Assembly (NCBI GenBank): GCA_033442325.1
Contig: JAWQFM010000005.1
Location: forward strand, 1,564,872 to 1,628,871
Source of the DNA: Salpingoeca rosetta
Lineage: Eukaryota; Protista; Choanoflagellata
Direction: 5' to 3'
DNA: 64,000 nucleotides
Numbering within the stretch: position 1 is the first letter of the stretch; each line of letters opens with the position of its first letter. Position numbers and translations under genes: made by a program. Positions 1 through 15,170 of this stretch are shown in pieces. The notes beneath the pieces were generated by a model, which saw only the letters and a list, made by a program, of their open reading frames with translations, was not told the origin of the DNA and did no database searches.

Positions 1-122
1 CAACGTGCTACAGTTGAGTATGCGGTCGAGGTTGGTCTTCTGCTTTTGTTCGGACTGTATTGTCTCTCACGCCTATCCTCCCACCGCCATGTTCTGCATG
101 TGTGTGTGTGTCTGTCTGTCTC

Positions 123-158
<36 letters not shown>

Positions 159-513
159 AGCAGGTATTGGAGATTACGGGGATGCAGACAGCAGCGATGA
201 CGACGATGACGACGACATGGCAGCGCGCCAGCTTCTGCTCGCGGTGCGTTAGGCGTGCGTGCGTGTGCACTTGTGTGTGAGTCTGTGTGAGTGTGTGTGT
301 GTGTCTGTTTGTGGTATCATGAGCTTGTACACGTGTACCTCACGTTTGTGCGCCTCTGCTCATAGCCGTGGAGTGGTCTGCACATTTGTGAGCAGTCTGA
401 GCCAACACAGGGCACATGGGGCGCATCGTCCAGCATCCGAGCAGGTGACCATTGCATGTGTGTGTGTGTGTGTGCGTGTGTGCGTGTGTGTGTGTGTGTG
501 TGTGTGCGTGTGT

Positions 514-544
<31 letters not shown>

Positions 545-866
545 GTGTGCGTGTGTGTCTGTGTTTGTGTTTGTGTGCGTGCGTGCGTCTGTCTGTCTGT
601 CTGTCTGTGCGTGTGTGTGTGTGTGTGTGTGTCTGTCTGTTGTTTGCCCGTCCGTCCCTCCGGCTTCTTCCATTTGTCCAGCATCAGCACTCACCTCGCC
701 CCCTGCCCCTCTTTGCTTCTTGTGTTCCGCCCAATCATCCAACCAACCAGAGCTTGCTGTCACGGATTCACTTGGACCCGTCAACGCGCGGCGTCCACCG
801 CCAGCGGCACCGAGCAGATACAAGGGGCCGTCCTCCCCACGCAAGCAGTACTATGGCGACCTCTAA
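1..866 (+). CDS. 3' end of an unknown spliced gene (partial; acidic and Pro-rich tail ending ...PRKQYYGDL*)
   Basis: GT-AG bounded exons at about 161-243 (AGIGDYGDADSSDDDDDDDMAARQLLLA), 396-444 (SEPTQGTWGASSSIRA) and 751-866 join in frame to a TAA; the introns carry (GT)n. No family recognised. Confidence 0.5.
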
Positions 867-1167
867 TGCAACCACATACACGCACACACGCACGCGCACA
901 CACACACACTTCTTCCATTTCGTTAGGTCCTTTCCTCCCCCCCCCCCCTTGCTGTTTAAAGCTTCTTGTTGTTCATGCACCACTGCGGCTTGTGTCACTC
1001 TCGTTTGGTCGCTGGCTGGTGCCGATGATGTACACACTCTTGCCTGCCTTTTTCCTTTGTTCGCCATTGTGCTTCCTTGTTACGCGACTGCCACCCGCTG
1101 TGAACCATCAAGGTGTGTGTGTGTGTCATGCACACCACAATAACAAAACCACGTGCACACATCAACA

Positions 1168-2313
1168 ATGGAGGTGTTGTGTGGGCGGCACGCTGTTGCG
1201 GCTGCGCTGGCTGCTGGACGGCGGCGGGTGGGCAAGCTGCTCGTGACCCAGGGCGCAGCACACCTGGACTTCCTGCGTGACATCAAAGGCCTGCAAGTCC
1301 AAGGGACGAAGCACCACCCACAACAGCAGCGGCAACCACCACGGAAGCACACCCAGCCAGTTGCATCGGCTGTGGTGTTGGAGCCGCAACCACACCATCA
1401 GCAGCAGCAGCAACAAGATCGTCATCATCAGCAGCATCAGCAGCACAACAAGGGGCAGGTTGTGCCTGTTGAGGTCGTATCAAGGCACCAGCTTGACAAG
1501 CTGACGGCTGGGGCTGTTCACCAAGGCGTTGCGCTGCGCGCCTCGCAGTACCCGTTGGATCCGTGGTCCCTGGCCATGCTGGAGCGGGACGTCAGGGAAG
1601 CAACGGCGCAGCCGAACAGCAGTCATCTGCTTGGCGACCCTGCAGGCGCGCGGACCGTTGCTCGTGCAGCAAAGCCAGCGAGGACCACACCACCATCACA
1701 ACAGCAAGCTTCTTCTGCGTTTCCACCGCTGTCGCTGCCACCCAGGCTGCCGCTGTATGTGCTCGTCACCGGGGTGCAGGATCCCGTCAACCTCGGCAGC
1801 ATCCTACGCAGCAGCTACTGTCTTGGGGTGCGCCGCGTGTTCCTGAGCGACCGCCAGACTCTCAAGCCCACGTCAACGGTCAGCAAGAGCAGCGCAGGCG
1901 CGCTGGAACTGCTTGACGTGCACACTGTTCGCGACGAGGCGTCGTTCATCGCCCACGCAGCAGACCACGGCTTCCTCTCCTTTGCAGCGTGCATGCAACC
2001 GAACGCCAACTCCCAGCAGCCGCACATGTCAACCGCGGATCTGCTGCTACCAACACAAGCTTCAACGCCGCCATCGTTGTCTTCTTCCCTGCCGTCGGCT
2101 GACGCGTTGGCAAGCGGAGCGACTGCACGCGGCGCACTGCTGGTTGTCGGCAACGAACATCGCGGCATCCACGCAAACGTCGTTGACGCATGCACGGCGA
2201 CGCTTGCTGTTGATCAGCATCGTTCGCACCTCGTTGACAGTCTCAACGTCGGTGTTGCTGCGGGCATCCTCATCCACGCCATTGCCCTCTGGCTCCACAG
2301 GCAACCAGCATGA
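1168..2313 (+). CDS. MRM1: SPOUT (SpoU/TrmH) rRNA 2'-O-methyltransferase, MRM1/RlmB-like; intronless
   Basis: N-terminal GRHAVAAAL and HQGV; SPOUT motifs VQDPVNLGSILRS, SKSSAGALE, LVVGNEHRGI and DSLNVGVAAGILI. Confidence 0.85.
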   Translation: MEVLCGRHAVAAALAAGRRRVGKLLVTQGAAHLDFLRDIKGLQVQGTKHHPQQQRQPPRKHTQPVASAVVLEPQPHHQQQQQQDRHHQQHQQHNKGQVVPVEVVSRHQLDKLTAGAVHQGVALRASQYPLDPWSLAMLERDVREATAQPNSSHLLGDPAGARTVARAAKPARTTPPSQQQASSAFPPLSLPPRLPLYVLVTGVQDPVNLGSILRSSYCLGVRRVFLSDRQTLKPTSTVSKSSAGALELLDVHTVRDEASFIAHAADHGFLSFAACMQPNANSQQPHMSTADLLLPTQASTPPSLSSSLPSADALASGATARGALLVVGNEHRGIHANVVDACTATLAVDQHRSHLVDSLNVGVAAGILIHAIALWLHRQPA

Positions 2314-2327
2314 CCCTCCATCCGTTC

Positions 2328-2418
<91 letters not shown>

Positions 2419-2760
2419 CGTTGAACGCGGCATGCACAAAACATGGTTGGCCAGAGCCTACATAGTACTGTTCGTTAGCGACAACGGCCATGCGTTTGCC
2501 TTGTCACTGCCATGCCACTCGCTGCTATGGCGTATCGATATGCGACTATGTATATGTGTACAGCTGTCATGTACACGAAGAGTCTAACCAGGGCAGGATA
2601 AAAGCAAGTAACGCGAGACAGCAAGCAAGACAGCAAGTCCAGCTCATCAGCAAGCAAGGAGATGTAACATAACGACATCATGGATGCTGCCAGCTTGTCC
2701 TTGTCATCACGTGTCACTTGCTGCTTCACACCCCCTCTTCGAGTATCAGGGCTACTGTCG

Positions 2761-4769
2761 TCAGCCCCGGAACTCAAACGCGGCAGCCACCACAGGCGCC
2801 TCGTTCAGCACAGCATGGCCCCAGGACGCCGGCACAAACAGCGCGTCCCCTTCCTTTTGCTCGCACGTCATCATAACTTGCCTGCAACCCCCGCCACCAC
2901 CACCACCACCACCATCACTGTCGAAGCAGGTTGTCGCTGTGTCGCGCGCAAACCACGCGTGTGCAGTCACCATGTGGAAGAAGGCGTGCTGTGGTGGAAA
3001 CAGCTGCCACTGCTTCCTGCCTTGCACGAGCACGTTGATGGCCTGCCCGTGGAAGTGCGGTGGTGCGCCACTGCCCGTGGGGCCAACCATCAGCTGCGCC
3101 AGCACAAGCTGCTCCGTGCTGCTCACCACAAAGGGCAGGCCAATGCTGTGCAGCATCTCTGGGTGGCGGTGAAGCACGCTGCCGTCAAACACATACATGC
3201 ACGTGTCTGTTGTGCGGCAGTCTTGAGCTTGTTGCTGGTGGTGCTGGTGGTGGTTATTGCTGTAGCCCATGTGCTGCTGCACGAATGTGCGAAGCGGCAT
3301 GGTATGTGTAGTGCTGTGCCCGTACGTGCTTGCATACGGAACTGCCGCAACAGACACCATTGCATCTCCAAGTGATGGTGATGATGGGGAGGAGGACGCA
3401 GCGAGGGAAGCGAGCCTGATGGCGGCGGCGTGTGCGGGCCAGTGCGAGAGGTAGTTGCGGATCACCACAGGCTGGGCCAAATGCACGTACTCGGCGAGAA
3501 ACGAGGCCGTGTCGTTGATGTCGCTTGCATCCACATGTGCACATGTCCACGGCGATGGCTCGCGCGACCTGGCAGCCGCATCTATTTCGTGCCCATGATG
3601 GCGGATTGCAGCACCTCCACCTACATCACCCCCATCACCTGCAACCGTTTCACCATCAACACCTGCATCATCTCCACCACCCCCACCACCACCATCACCA
3701 TCACCTTCACCACCACCATCCCCATCACCATCACCATCACCACCTCCATCACCACCTCCATCACCATCGCCTGCAGCCGCTGCATGCCTGTCATCGCGCC
3801 AGCGATTGCCACAAACTGTGGAGAAGGGGGGTCTGCTCGCAAGGTAGGCCGGTGTGACGCGACGCGCGTTTGCTGAGTTATTGAGCGCAAAGCCGTGCGG
3901 TGCAAGCAGCAAAGCGTTGGTGGTGTCACAGAACCCCTGAGCGACAGCGAGGTGCAGGGGCGTGTTGCCGTCGTTGTCCACCGCGGCAACATCGCAGCCA
4001 AGCACATCAAGGAGGGCAGATGTGGCGGCAGGGGAGCGGCCCGAAAAGGCGGCAATGTGCAGCGGCGTTCGCCCGAGGGAGTCGCGCTCGTCGCAGCCGA
4101 GACCGTGGCTGTGCAGAGGAGCCAGCAACCGGATGTCCGACGCCGATGTGGCCTCCTCCAGCATGTGCCGTGTGACGAACGTGTCATGTTGGAGTGGCTG
4201 GTGCTCGTGTTTGTGTAGCGTGGGCGGCGCGATGTCAAGAAGGCGAAAGGCCTTGGCGGTGGCCGGGTCCACACCGTTGCGGAAGAGGCGGGCGAAGCCA
4301 GAGGCCTTGGACAGGGCCAGGAGGTGCAGGGCCGTGTCGTTGTTGTGATCGCGCTGCTGCAAGCAAGTGACCAGGTCCTCGGGGCTTTGGGCGTCCACGA
4401 GGAGGCGAAGCGCGGCTATGTTGCGCAGCGCGACGGCGTAGTAGATGGGGCAGGCGCTGTCGGAAGCCATGCCAGCTGAGACGAGCCGAGCCACGACAGC
4501 CTCGTGGTCTCCAGGCGGCGACGCCACGTCTGCGGTCAGGCTGCTCTGGCGCCCTTGCAGCGCATAGTTGAGGGCCGTCCACCCTTGTTCGTCTGTGGCA
4601 AACACGAGCCTGCGCGGCATGGTGGCCAGGATCCTCTGCACTGCCACGTCGTCGCCACGGTACGCAGCCTTCATCAGCGCCGTGGGCTGGCTCACTTCCA
4701 CCTTATTGCGTGATGCAGATGGGGATGATGGAGGTGAGCTGCGCTCATGCACGGCATGTTGTTGCAACC

Positions 4770-4800
<31 letters not shown>

Positions 4801-4995
4801 TTGGTACTGCTGTTGTTGGTACTGCTGTTGTTGGTACTGCTGTTGTTGGTACTGGTGGTGGTGGTCGTCGTCGAGTGCACTGAACCACACGATCCCCACT
4901 AGCACAGCCCCCACCGCAACCACCAGCGCCACCGTGTTCAGATGGCTGCTGTTCACTGCTGGCTTCCTCCTTTTCTTCTTGGTGGTTGATGTCAT
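2761..4995 (-). CDS. Membrane-anchored ankyrin-repeat + JmjC (JMJD8-like cupin) protein; intronless
   Basis: ATG at 4995, then a basic patch (KKKRRK), a hydrophobic helix (VALVVAVGAVLVGIVWF) and (YQQQQ)n/polyQ. Ankyrin repeats: TALMKAA, GWTALNYA, DTALHLLA, GRTPLHIAA, GNTPLHLAV. C-terminal JmjC: GSGAPPHFH..GRKQWQLFPP..GDALFVPASWGHAVLN. Confidence 0.85.
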
Positions 4996-5033
4996 TCTCG
5001 GCTGGTTGGTTGGCTTGATTCGATACGGTGACA
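4996..5033. promoter_or_regulatory. 38-bp interval between divergent start codons (candidate bidirectional promoter)
   Basis: CAT at 4993-4995 and ATG at 5034-5036; each opens an ORF with an N-terminal hydrophobic segment. Confidence 0.5.
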
Positions 5034-7128
<2,095 letters not shown>

Positions 7129-7250
7129 TGACGCGCCGATGTTGATGTTGTTGTTGTTGATGATGATGATGATGATGATGATGATCTGTGTGAGTGAGCG
7201 AGAGCTAGTGAGTGAGTGAATTTAGTGAGAGAGTGAGGGACGTGAGTGAG

Positions 7251-7393
7251 ACACACACAGACACACACACAGACACACACACACACACACACACAGACAC
7301 AGACACACACACAGACACACACACACAGACACACAGACACACACACAGACACACACAGACACAGACACAGACACACACACACACAGACACACA

Positions 7394-7482
<89 letters not shown>
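7251..7482. repeat. (CA)n/(CACAGA)n microsatellite, representative of dozens of (GT)n/(CA)n tracts in introns and UTRs
   Basis: Directly visible in the sequence. Confidence 0.95.
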
Positions 7483-7484
<2 letters not shown>

Positions 7485-8033
7485 GGCAACCGCAACTTGT
7501 ACCGTTTACGACACCATTAAAAGTAAGGAAAATTGACAGGAGATACCCATGCATTTTCTCGAATCTGCACAGGTGGGTTTTGGCGCTGGGCGCTTGGTGA
7601 GTCAGAGGAGGCGCTGTGGGGAAAAGAAGACTGGAGGGCAGTGGAGGCGATGATGGTGGCAGTGGGTGAGAGAGGGTGGCTGCACGCACTCGTGGATGAA
7701 TGCATGTGTGTACGACTTGTGTACTGCGTGTGGATGAATGGATGGAAGCGTGAGCGATGTGTGCAATTGGACGGGGACCTGTGGAAGCAGCTTCGTGCTT
7801 TGCTGTCTTATTTTCGTGCCTGGTTGCTTCATTTCCCTTCCCTTCTCGACTTGTCTCTCGCTCACATTGAACGACGATTGTTTGGGTTGTGATTCGCGTG
7901 TTGTCATCTTCCTGTCTCGACATCCCCCCCCCCACACACTTCTTGCTTGCTCGCTCGCACGTCAGATTGCTTCAGGACACCTTTCCTTGTTCCTCGTCTT
8001 GTTCGATCACATCCCAAGAACACAACCAACACA

Positions 8034-8339
8034 ATGGAGGCCGTCCACCACATGATTGTTGCTGCCATCCTGTCGCTGCTCCTCTTCACCCCCGGCGTAA
8101 GTTGCTGTGCTTGTTGTGCCCCTGCATCGATAGCGCTGTGCATGCACGTTGGCAGTACCAACCACAAGCACCCTAGCATGTGCCACCGTGCCACAAACCA
8201 CCGCAACGTGTTGTGTCGTGCGACCTGCGTGGCTTTCTGGCAATTATTTGTATGCGTCGAGCTGGCAATGCGCAGTTGAATTTCCTCGTGCCTCCCAATC
8301 GCATCTCATGGTGCTGTTGTCGTTGTCCTCCCATTCACA

Positions 8340-8382
<43 letters not shown>

Positions 8383-8591
8383 CCATTCACACACACTCCC
8401 ATTCACACACACACACACACACTCACTCACTCACTCTCGTCTCATGCGGTGCGCTTTGACATTTCATTTGTGTTGCCCAGGTTGAGGCAAAGATGACGGC
8501 AGGCGATGTGATTGCACTCATCCTCGGTCTTGTGCTCGGAATCCTCGGCATCTGCGCGTGCCTTGGCTACTACGCACGGACACACCAGTAG
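8034..8591 (+). CDS. SMIM30: 57-aa small integral membrane protein, SMIM30-like; 2 exons (8034-8096, 8481-8591)
   Basis: Phase-0 gtaagt..cag intron. Product MEAVHHMIVAAILSLLLFTPG-VEAKMTAGDVIALILGLVLGILGICACLGYYARTHQ* matches the recalled SMIM30 pattern VEA..AGDxIALLLGxVLxIxGICACLGxYAR. Confidence 0.85.
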
Positions 8592-8764
8592 GGCGGTGAC
8601 AACAACAACACCAATTCTCTTCTCCCCTCCCCCCAACCACCGTGTCATCGTCTTTCGAAGCTTGTTTTTCCTCCTTTGTCGCGCGACTCGGCCCATCCGT
8701 GATGTCAGCGTGGTCTTGTCATAGCCCCATGATTGCCGTTGCAGCACACCAGCACGTGGTGTTC

Positions 8765-8833
<69 letters not shown>

Positions 8834-9458
8834 GTGAGCGTGTGTTCTTCGCCTCTACTTGTGTGTGCCGTTGCTTGGGCGCAGTGCTGCTGCAACCTGT
8901 TGTCGCGAGTTGTTCTCGCGCCACTCTGCGCCTGCTGCCCTCGTCCATTGTGTGTGTGTGTGTGTGTGTGTGTGTCTGTGTGTGTCTGTGTCTGTGTGTC
9001 GTGCAGCGCTTGTGTCGGTTTGGGTGTGTGTGTGTTGGGTGCTTGTGGATGCGCGTGCCGTGTGTGAGGGCTCCAATGTTATCCGGGCCCCCGGCGTTGT
9101 TGCGTGCGTGTGGTTGATGAATTGTTGTCATAGCTAGTCGTCCACCAGTGAGCACGGATCGCTTGTTTGTTTTTTTCTGCTGCTTCTTTCCCTTTTCTCT
9201 TTCTCCTTTGCTGCACCATACTCTCTTGCCACAATACACACGAAAACCTGCACTGACATGACATGATGACACCCGTTTGCTGTCACAAGCTGGTTGTTAT
9301 TGCATCACAGAAGTACATACAAGGGCACTTGGGGGGGGGGGCGAAATGAGGCGGGTGTTTGTTGCACGTGTGCACGTGTGCGGAAGAGTTTGAGGCAAGA
9401 AACGGGGTGGGGAGAGCAGGTCCGCCCACATGTGTGTGTCTGTGTGTGTGATTGCCAT

Positions 9459-9681
9459 CTACATGAGCTTGTGCTCTGTGAGCAGCTGTTCCAGGACCGT
9501 TGGGTCCGTCAGGGTCTTCACTGCGCGCCAGCGCACTTGGCTGATGTGTGGATGTGTGAGGTGATTGGCGAAAGGGTTCACTGGTGAGGGACGGTCATCG
9601 AGCACCGAGGATAGCCTGCAGTCACACCCACACAGCTACAGTCACACCCACACAGCTACAGTCACACCCACACAGCTGCAA

Positions 9682-9767
<86 letters not shown>

Positions 9768-9994
9768 GCTCTCCTTTGGGCGGCCGTTGTCGTGCTCAAA
9801 CTGGATGTAGCGCAGCCACAGGCGCGGGGACCACTGCACGCCACCAGAAGCGACACGAGAGGGTGATGGAGGATGTGCAGGCGCCGACGATTAGAGTGCG
9901 GGGACAAACCAACATGACCAGCGATGAACACGCATGAATACATGCGCACAGCAGTCTCAACACACATACACGGCACTGCGTACACACGTGCGTG

Positions 9995-10051
<57 letters not shown>

Positions 10052-13000
10052 GCACGCACAGAGCAAGGCTTGTGCCTCTGCCCACCTTGCCGTAGCGGGA
10101 GACAGCCTCCTCGAAGATGTGGCGCACAGCAGCATCTGTGGCGTGGTGCTCAACCTCTTGGTCTGCCCACGTCAGATACAGCTCAAGCCCATACGCCTGC
10201 GTGCTCGTAATGCACCTGCAGTTGCGTGTCATGTGTGTGTGTGATTATGTGTACGTGTGTGTGATTATGTGTACATGTGTGTGTTTATGTGAGAGAGTGA
10301 GAGAATTTGTTCGTGTGTGTGTTGTGTGTGTGTGTTGTGTGTGTGTGTGTGTGTGTGTGTTGTGTGAGCAGGAGGCGTTGTGCATTGATGGATTGTGTCG
10401 CAATGTCAGGCATCAGCAAACCGCACCAGTTGACAAAGTCCCTTGCTGCCTTGAGCCCCTCCTTGTCCGCCACAAATTCAAGATGCGCGCAGCAGATGGC
10501 CTGGGCGTTGTCGCACCGCTTCGAAGCCGCCACCCTGATGGCATGTGGAGCGGGCAGAGCCGTGTGAGGATGACTGGATATCGACACTGAATGCATTCCA
10601 CGCATGCACACGCACACAAATACACAAACAATGCAAACACACACACACACGCACACACACACAATGCAAACACACACAGAACATTCACGGCCCACGACAC
10701 CATCGCACCTGACTGCCTGCTGCATGGCGGCAATGTTTCTCGCGTTTGCGTGCCACTGCCAGAGCGCAGCAGCAAAGTCGCCGGCCGCTCCCGCGTGCAG
10801 CGCCGTCGCCGCCTCCAACAGCACATCGGCCACAGCGGTGGTGGCAGTGGTGGCAGTGGTGGCAGTGGTGGTGATGGTGGTGGTGATGTTAACCTTGGCT
10901 TCCCACAGGTCTGCATTTTGCCGCAGCTCCTCGTCGCTGGTGGTCAAAACCGTTCGGGGGAGGAGATTGGTGTGTGGCGAGAGAGAGAGTGTGTGTGTGT
11001 GTATGCGTGAGTGAGATGCGCGTGAACTTTGAAGGGTACAAACACGCACACAAAGACACACTCACATACAAAACACAATACAAACACAATACACACACAC
11101 AGATGTACATGAACGTACGCGAGGGCGCGGTTGATGGTGGCGAGGGCTTCCTCGTGCTGGCCTGCGTCCGTGTGTTCACGTGCGAGCTGAAGAACAGCGA
11201 CAGCGGGAGCATTGCCGCCGATATCAATGTCCCCGACACCAGCTGCAGCGTTGACATACAGCAGGCACCTGTCGTGCAGCAGCTGCTTGGCAAGCGAGTG
11301 CAGGTTGTTGTCGTCGTCGTCATCGTCGGCACTCGTGTCTTTGTCGCTGGGTGCAAACGTGTGTACGGCATCCTGCAGCATCTCAATGTGCTTCGCCTTC
11401 AGCCGCGCTGCAGAGACAGTGTGCGCGTGTGTGTTGTGTGCGTGTGTGTGTATTTGAGGGGCATCATGTGAGGAAGCTGCGTGGGAACGCACACGTGTCA
11501 GCACGAACACATCAGATGACAACGGGTTTGAGCTGTGGGGGTGCAAAGTAAACCCCAAGTGTGTGAAGATGCAAATGTCACCCGCACGTGATGGAAGCTG
11601 GCCGACGGCGCGGAGGAAAAGCAGGTCGCTCATCTCCAGAGCCTCTTTCTTCTCCGCAGCCGTGAAGGTCGCATCTGAAGAGCAAGCGCACATTACCACC
11701 ACACGCAGCCGGACCGACAACCGGTCAGGACAGCGATCCAAGCAGGCAGGCAGCACATGGCACTTGGAAATGCAGATACACACACACATGCACATACACA
11801 CACATACACACATACACACATACACACACATACATACATACATACATACATACATACATACATACATACATACATACATACATACATACATACATACATA
11901 CATACATACATACATACATACATACATACATACATACATACACACACATACATCCATCCATCCATACATACATCCATCCATCCATACATACACACATACA
12001 TACATACATACATACATACATACATACATACATACATACATACATACATACATACATACATACATGCATGCATACACATGCGTGAAGGCGTGGTTCTTAC
12101 CAATAAAGTGGTCGTCAAGGGGGCGGCGGCAGATGAGCTCAAGCGCATCAAGGTTGTCCACAGGCAGCGACTCGTACACCTGGAAAAATTTACAAGCAGA
12201 TACGCCGTTTGGGGTGTTGGAGATTGGGCAAAGCATTAGGAGACAGCGAAATGGTTGGATACACACACACACACGCACACGTACCACACACACGCACACA
12301 CACACACACACACACACTACATACTACATACACAGATGCACGCACGCACACGCACGCATTCGCACGCACCACTTCTCTGCTGGCTTCTGTGTGTGGGTAA
12401 CAGCGGTAAATTTCGAGAAACTCGCGCCGAAAGTGCATGTCGTCAGGGTGTTGCTCTGGCGTTGATGCAAAGAGAAGACGCGAGGCACCAGTGAGCTCTC
12501 CATGTTGGAGCAAACACAGCCAACAACAAGCGATAATCGCATGCACGCGCATACACACATACACATACACATACACATACATAAGCACAAACACACCACG
12601 CACGCACCGATTGCGTTGAAGAAGACGAGGCGAGGAATGACGCCGGAGTAGAAGGTGCTGCCGGCGGCGTGGGCAGACTGCACAACAGATGCGCTTTCAG
12701 CAGCAGTCTCATCATCGTCATGGTCATCGTCACTGTCGTCCATCTTCCCAGACTCTGCATTGCAGTATCGCATGTACATACACATGCACGCACGCGTACG
12801 TGTGAGCATGTCGATGAGAACACACACACACAAACAAACAAACACACACACACACAAACAAACAAACAAACACACAAACAAACACAAACAAACACACAAA
12901 CACACAAACAAACAAATAAACAAAACAAGCATACACCAGCCCGCACCCTTGAGGACGGTGGAGATCATATCCTGCGCCTCCTGCTGCTCCTGCTCTGCAT

Positions 13001-13268
13001 CAAACAAGTCATCATCGTCGTCATCATCGTCGTCTTCGTCTGAAGCAAGGCCAGCCTCCTCCCTGTCCATGCGCGACACCACGCCGCTTGCTGCCTTGCT
13101 CCTCTGTGCGCCGTCAAGCCGAACTGTCGGTGCAAGCTCGGGGTTCTCATCACCGCCGCTGTCATTTCCCTCGTCATCATCATCGTCGTTCTTCTTCTCC
13201 CCTGATTTCCGCGATTTCTTCGCCTGCACTTGTTCGGCCTCCTGCATTTGTGTGTGTGTGCGTGCGTG

Positions 13269-13362
<94 letters not shown>

Positions 13363-14999
13363 GGGGACAAGTGGTGCGAGAAGGGAAGTGGATGAGCCAA
13401 AGGTGACGCAAACACACAACCGCACACACGCAAACATGCACGCGCGCGCTTACAATTGCGTTGACGTCGATGCCGAGAGTCTCTGCGCGCTTGAGCATCT
13501 TCTGCCAATATGCAACCTCCAACCGGAAGTACTCAAGCATCAACTCCTTTGAGCTCTTGTTCACGCTGGAGGGTGCGAGGAGGGATTGCAGGAAGGACAC
13601 ACAGCAGTGAGCAGTGAGTTGTGAGTTGAAAGCGAGTCGAAGGAGAGACCAGGCACCACACAAGCACACGCGACACGTGTCATTAACACATATGTACACA
13701 CATGTGCACACATGTCATGTACACACACATATGCACACACACATGCACACACACACACGAACCAACCACAGGCCAGACCATATGAGCACTAAAAGCGCTT
13801 GTTGCCACTCACCGCAGGCCGCGCTGCAGAAGCGCACGTGCTGCGCGCGTGTTTGTGTTGGACCGGAATTCCCACTCTGCCGCGTCGATCCAGATCTCGG
13901 GGCAGTCGCCATGGTAGCGAAGACACTGCGCATAGGCCTTGCTCAGTCTGCGAAGGCTCCTGTGCTTCTTGCAGAATGCAAAGTACTGCTTCCACAATGC
14001 CACGTCGTCCTGAACACGCGCCGTCGGTGGTCGTTGAAAGTGGCGGGAAGTTCGTGAATATTGGTTGGAAGGTCATTGATGCTTGTAGAACGTTGGGACA
14101 CAGTTGAACCGAATGCATTCGAAGACAGCACACTAACTTGCGGCCGTGTGCGTGAGCGTGCAAGTGTGTAGATGTGTGCATATGCAAGGACCAAGCGTGT
14201 GCACGGACACGAAGAGGGGTACAGAGCGAAAGAATTGAGGGGTAGGGTAGCAGCTGCCATTGTGAACCCCCCCCCCCCACACACACCTTGAACTTGACGA
14301 GGGCTTGGTAGTAGAGTGTGTGCAGTCCCTCGATGAGGGAAGTGTCTGAAAAGTAGCCGGAAACGTTGAGGCCATGTGCCTTCTTTCGTCGCTTCCTCAG
14401 CTCTTCAAGCTTTGTTTCATACTGCACGTTGTGCGTGCGCGCGTGTGTGCAGAGGGTGAACAGTTGCGTGTGCATATTGGAGAGAGGTGACGCCAAAGGA
14501 TTGGGTCGCGATTGTGATGATGGCAGTGATGGCGGTGATGGCGATGATGGCGGTGATGGCGGTGATGGCGGTGAAGGTGGAACGCATTCAAGTGTAGTGG
14601 GGTGCGTCAGCTGAGAGCGATGCAGGCGCAATGCGGTGGTAGATCACATACATCGATGTAGGCGATGAAGTCGCTTTTCCTGGTGGTGCGCCTACGCAGC
14701 AGGTATTCATAGTGCTCACGCTTCTTGACGATTTTCCTGAGAGTGAGAGAGAGAGAGAGAGAGTGTGTGTGTGTGTGTGTGTGTAAGTGAGTGTGTGTGA
14801 GTGTGTGAGTGTGTGTGTGAAAGGCGATGCGAGTGCTAAATTCTTCCCCGCAAGTCTCCCCTCCATCATAGTCACAGACACATACACAATCACACACACG
14901 CACGCACTTGATTTCCTCTTGGGTGAAGATGCCAAGCTCAAGCAGGTCATGGAGCTCGCGTGTGCGCCGCTCCAGCTTGCCGCGCACTGCCTCAGCCAT
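9459..14999 (-). CDS. UTP6: U3 snoRNA-associated protein 6 (HAT repeats); multi-exon
   Basis: [66 protein letters not shown]; [20 protein letters not shown]; EYFRLE; last exon ..[11 protein letters not shown]. Confidence 0.92.
11829..12066. repeat. (TACA)n/(TCCA)n tetranucleotide microsatellite in a UTP6 intron
   Basis: Directly visible in the sequence. Confidence 0.9.
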
Positions 15000-15170
15000 T
15001 GCTGTCGTTCAGAGGTGCGCGTGTGTGTGAGGAAGGTGTGCGCGTTGTTTGTGCACGTGGATTTGTGCTGTGCCGGGCTGGGCTTTCTAAACACGCCAGA
15101 CACGATTTAATCGCAGTGGCAGTTTCTCTTCTGTTCTTTCTTCCCACCAGCCATCAGGCAGCAGCAGAGA

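Noticed and set aside
7533-7892. 119-aa Trp-rich ORF
   Set aside because: Non-ATG start, no recognisable motif or splice support; probably intergenic.
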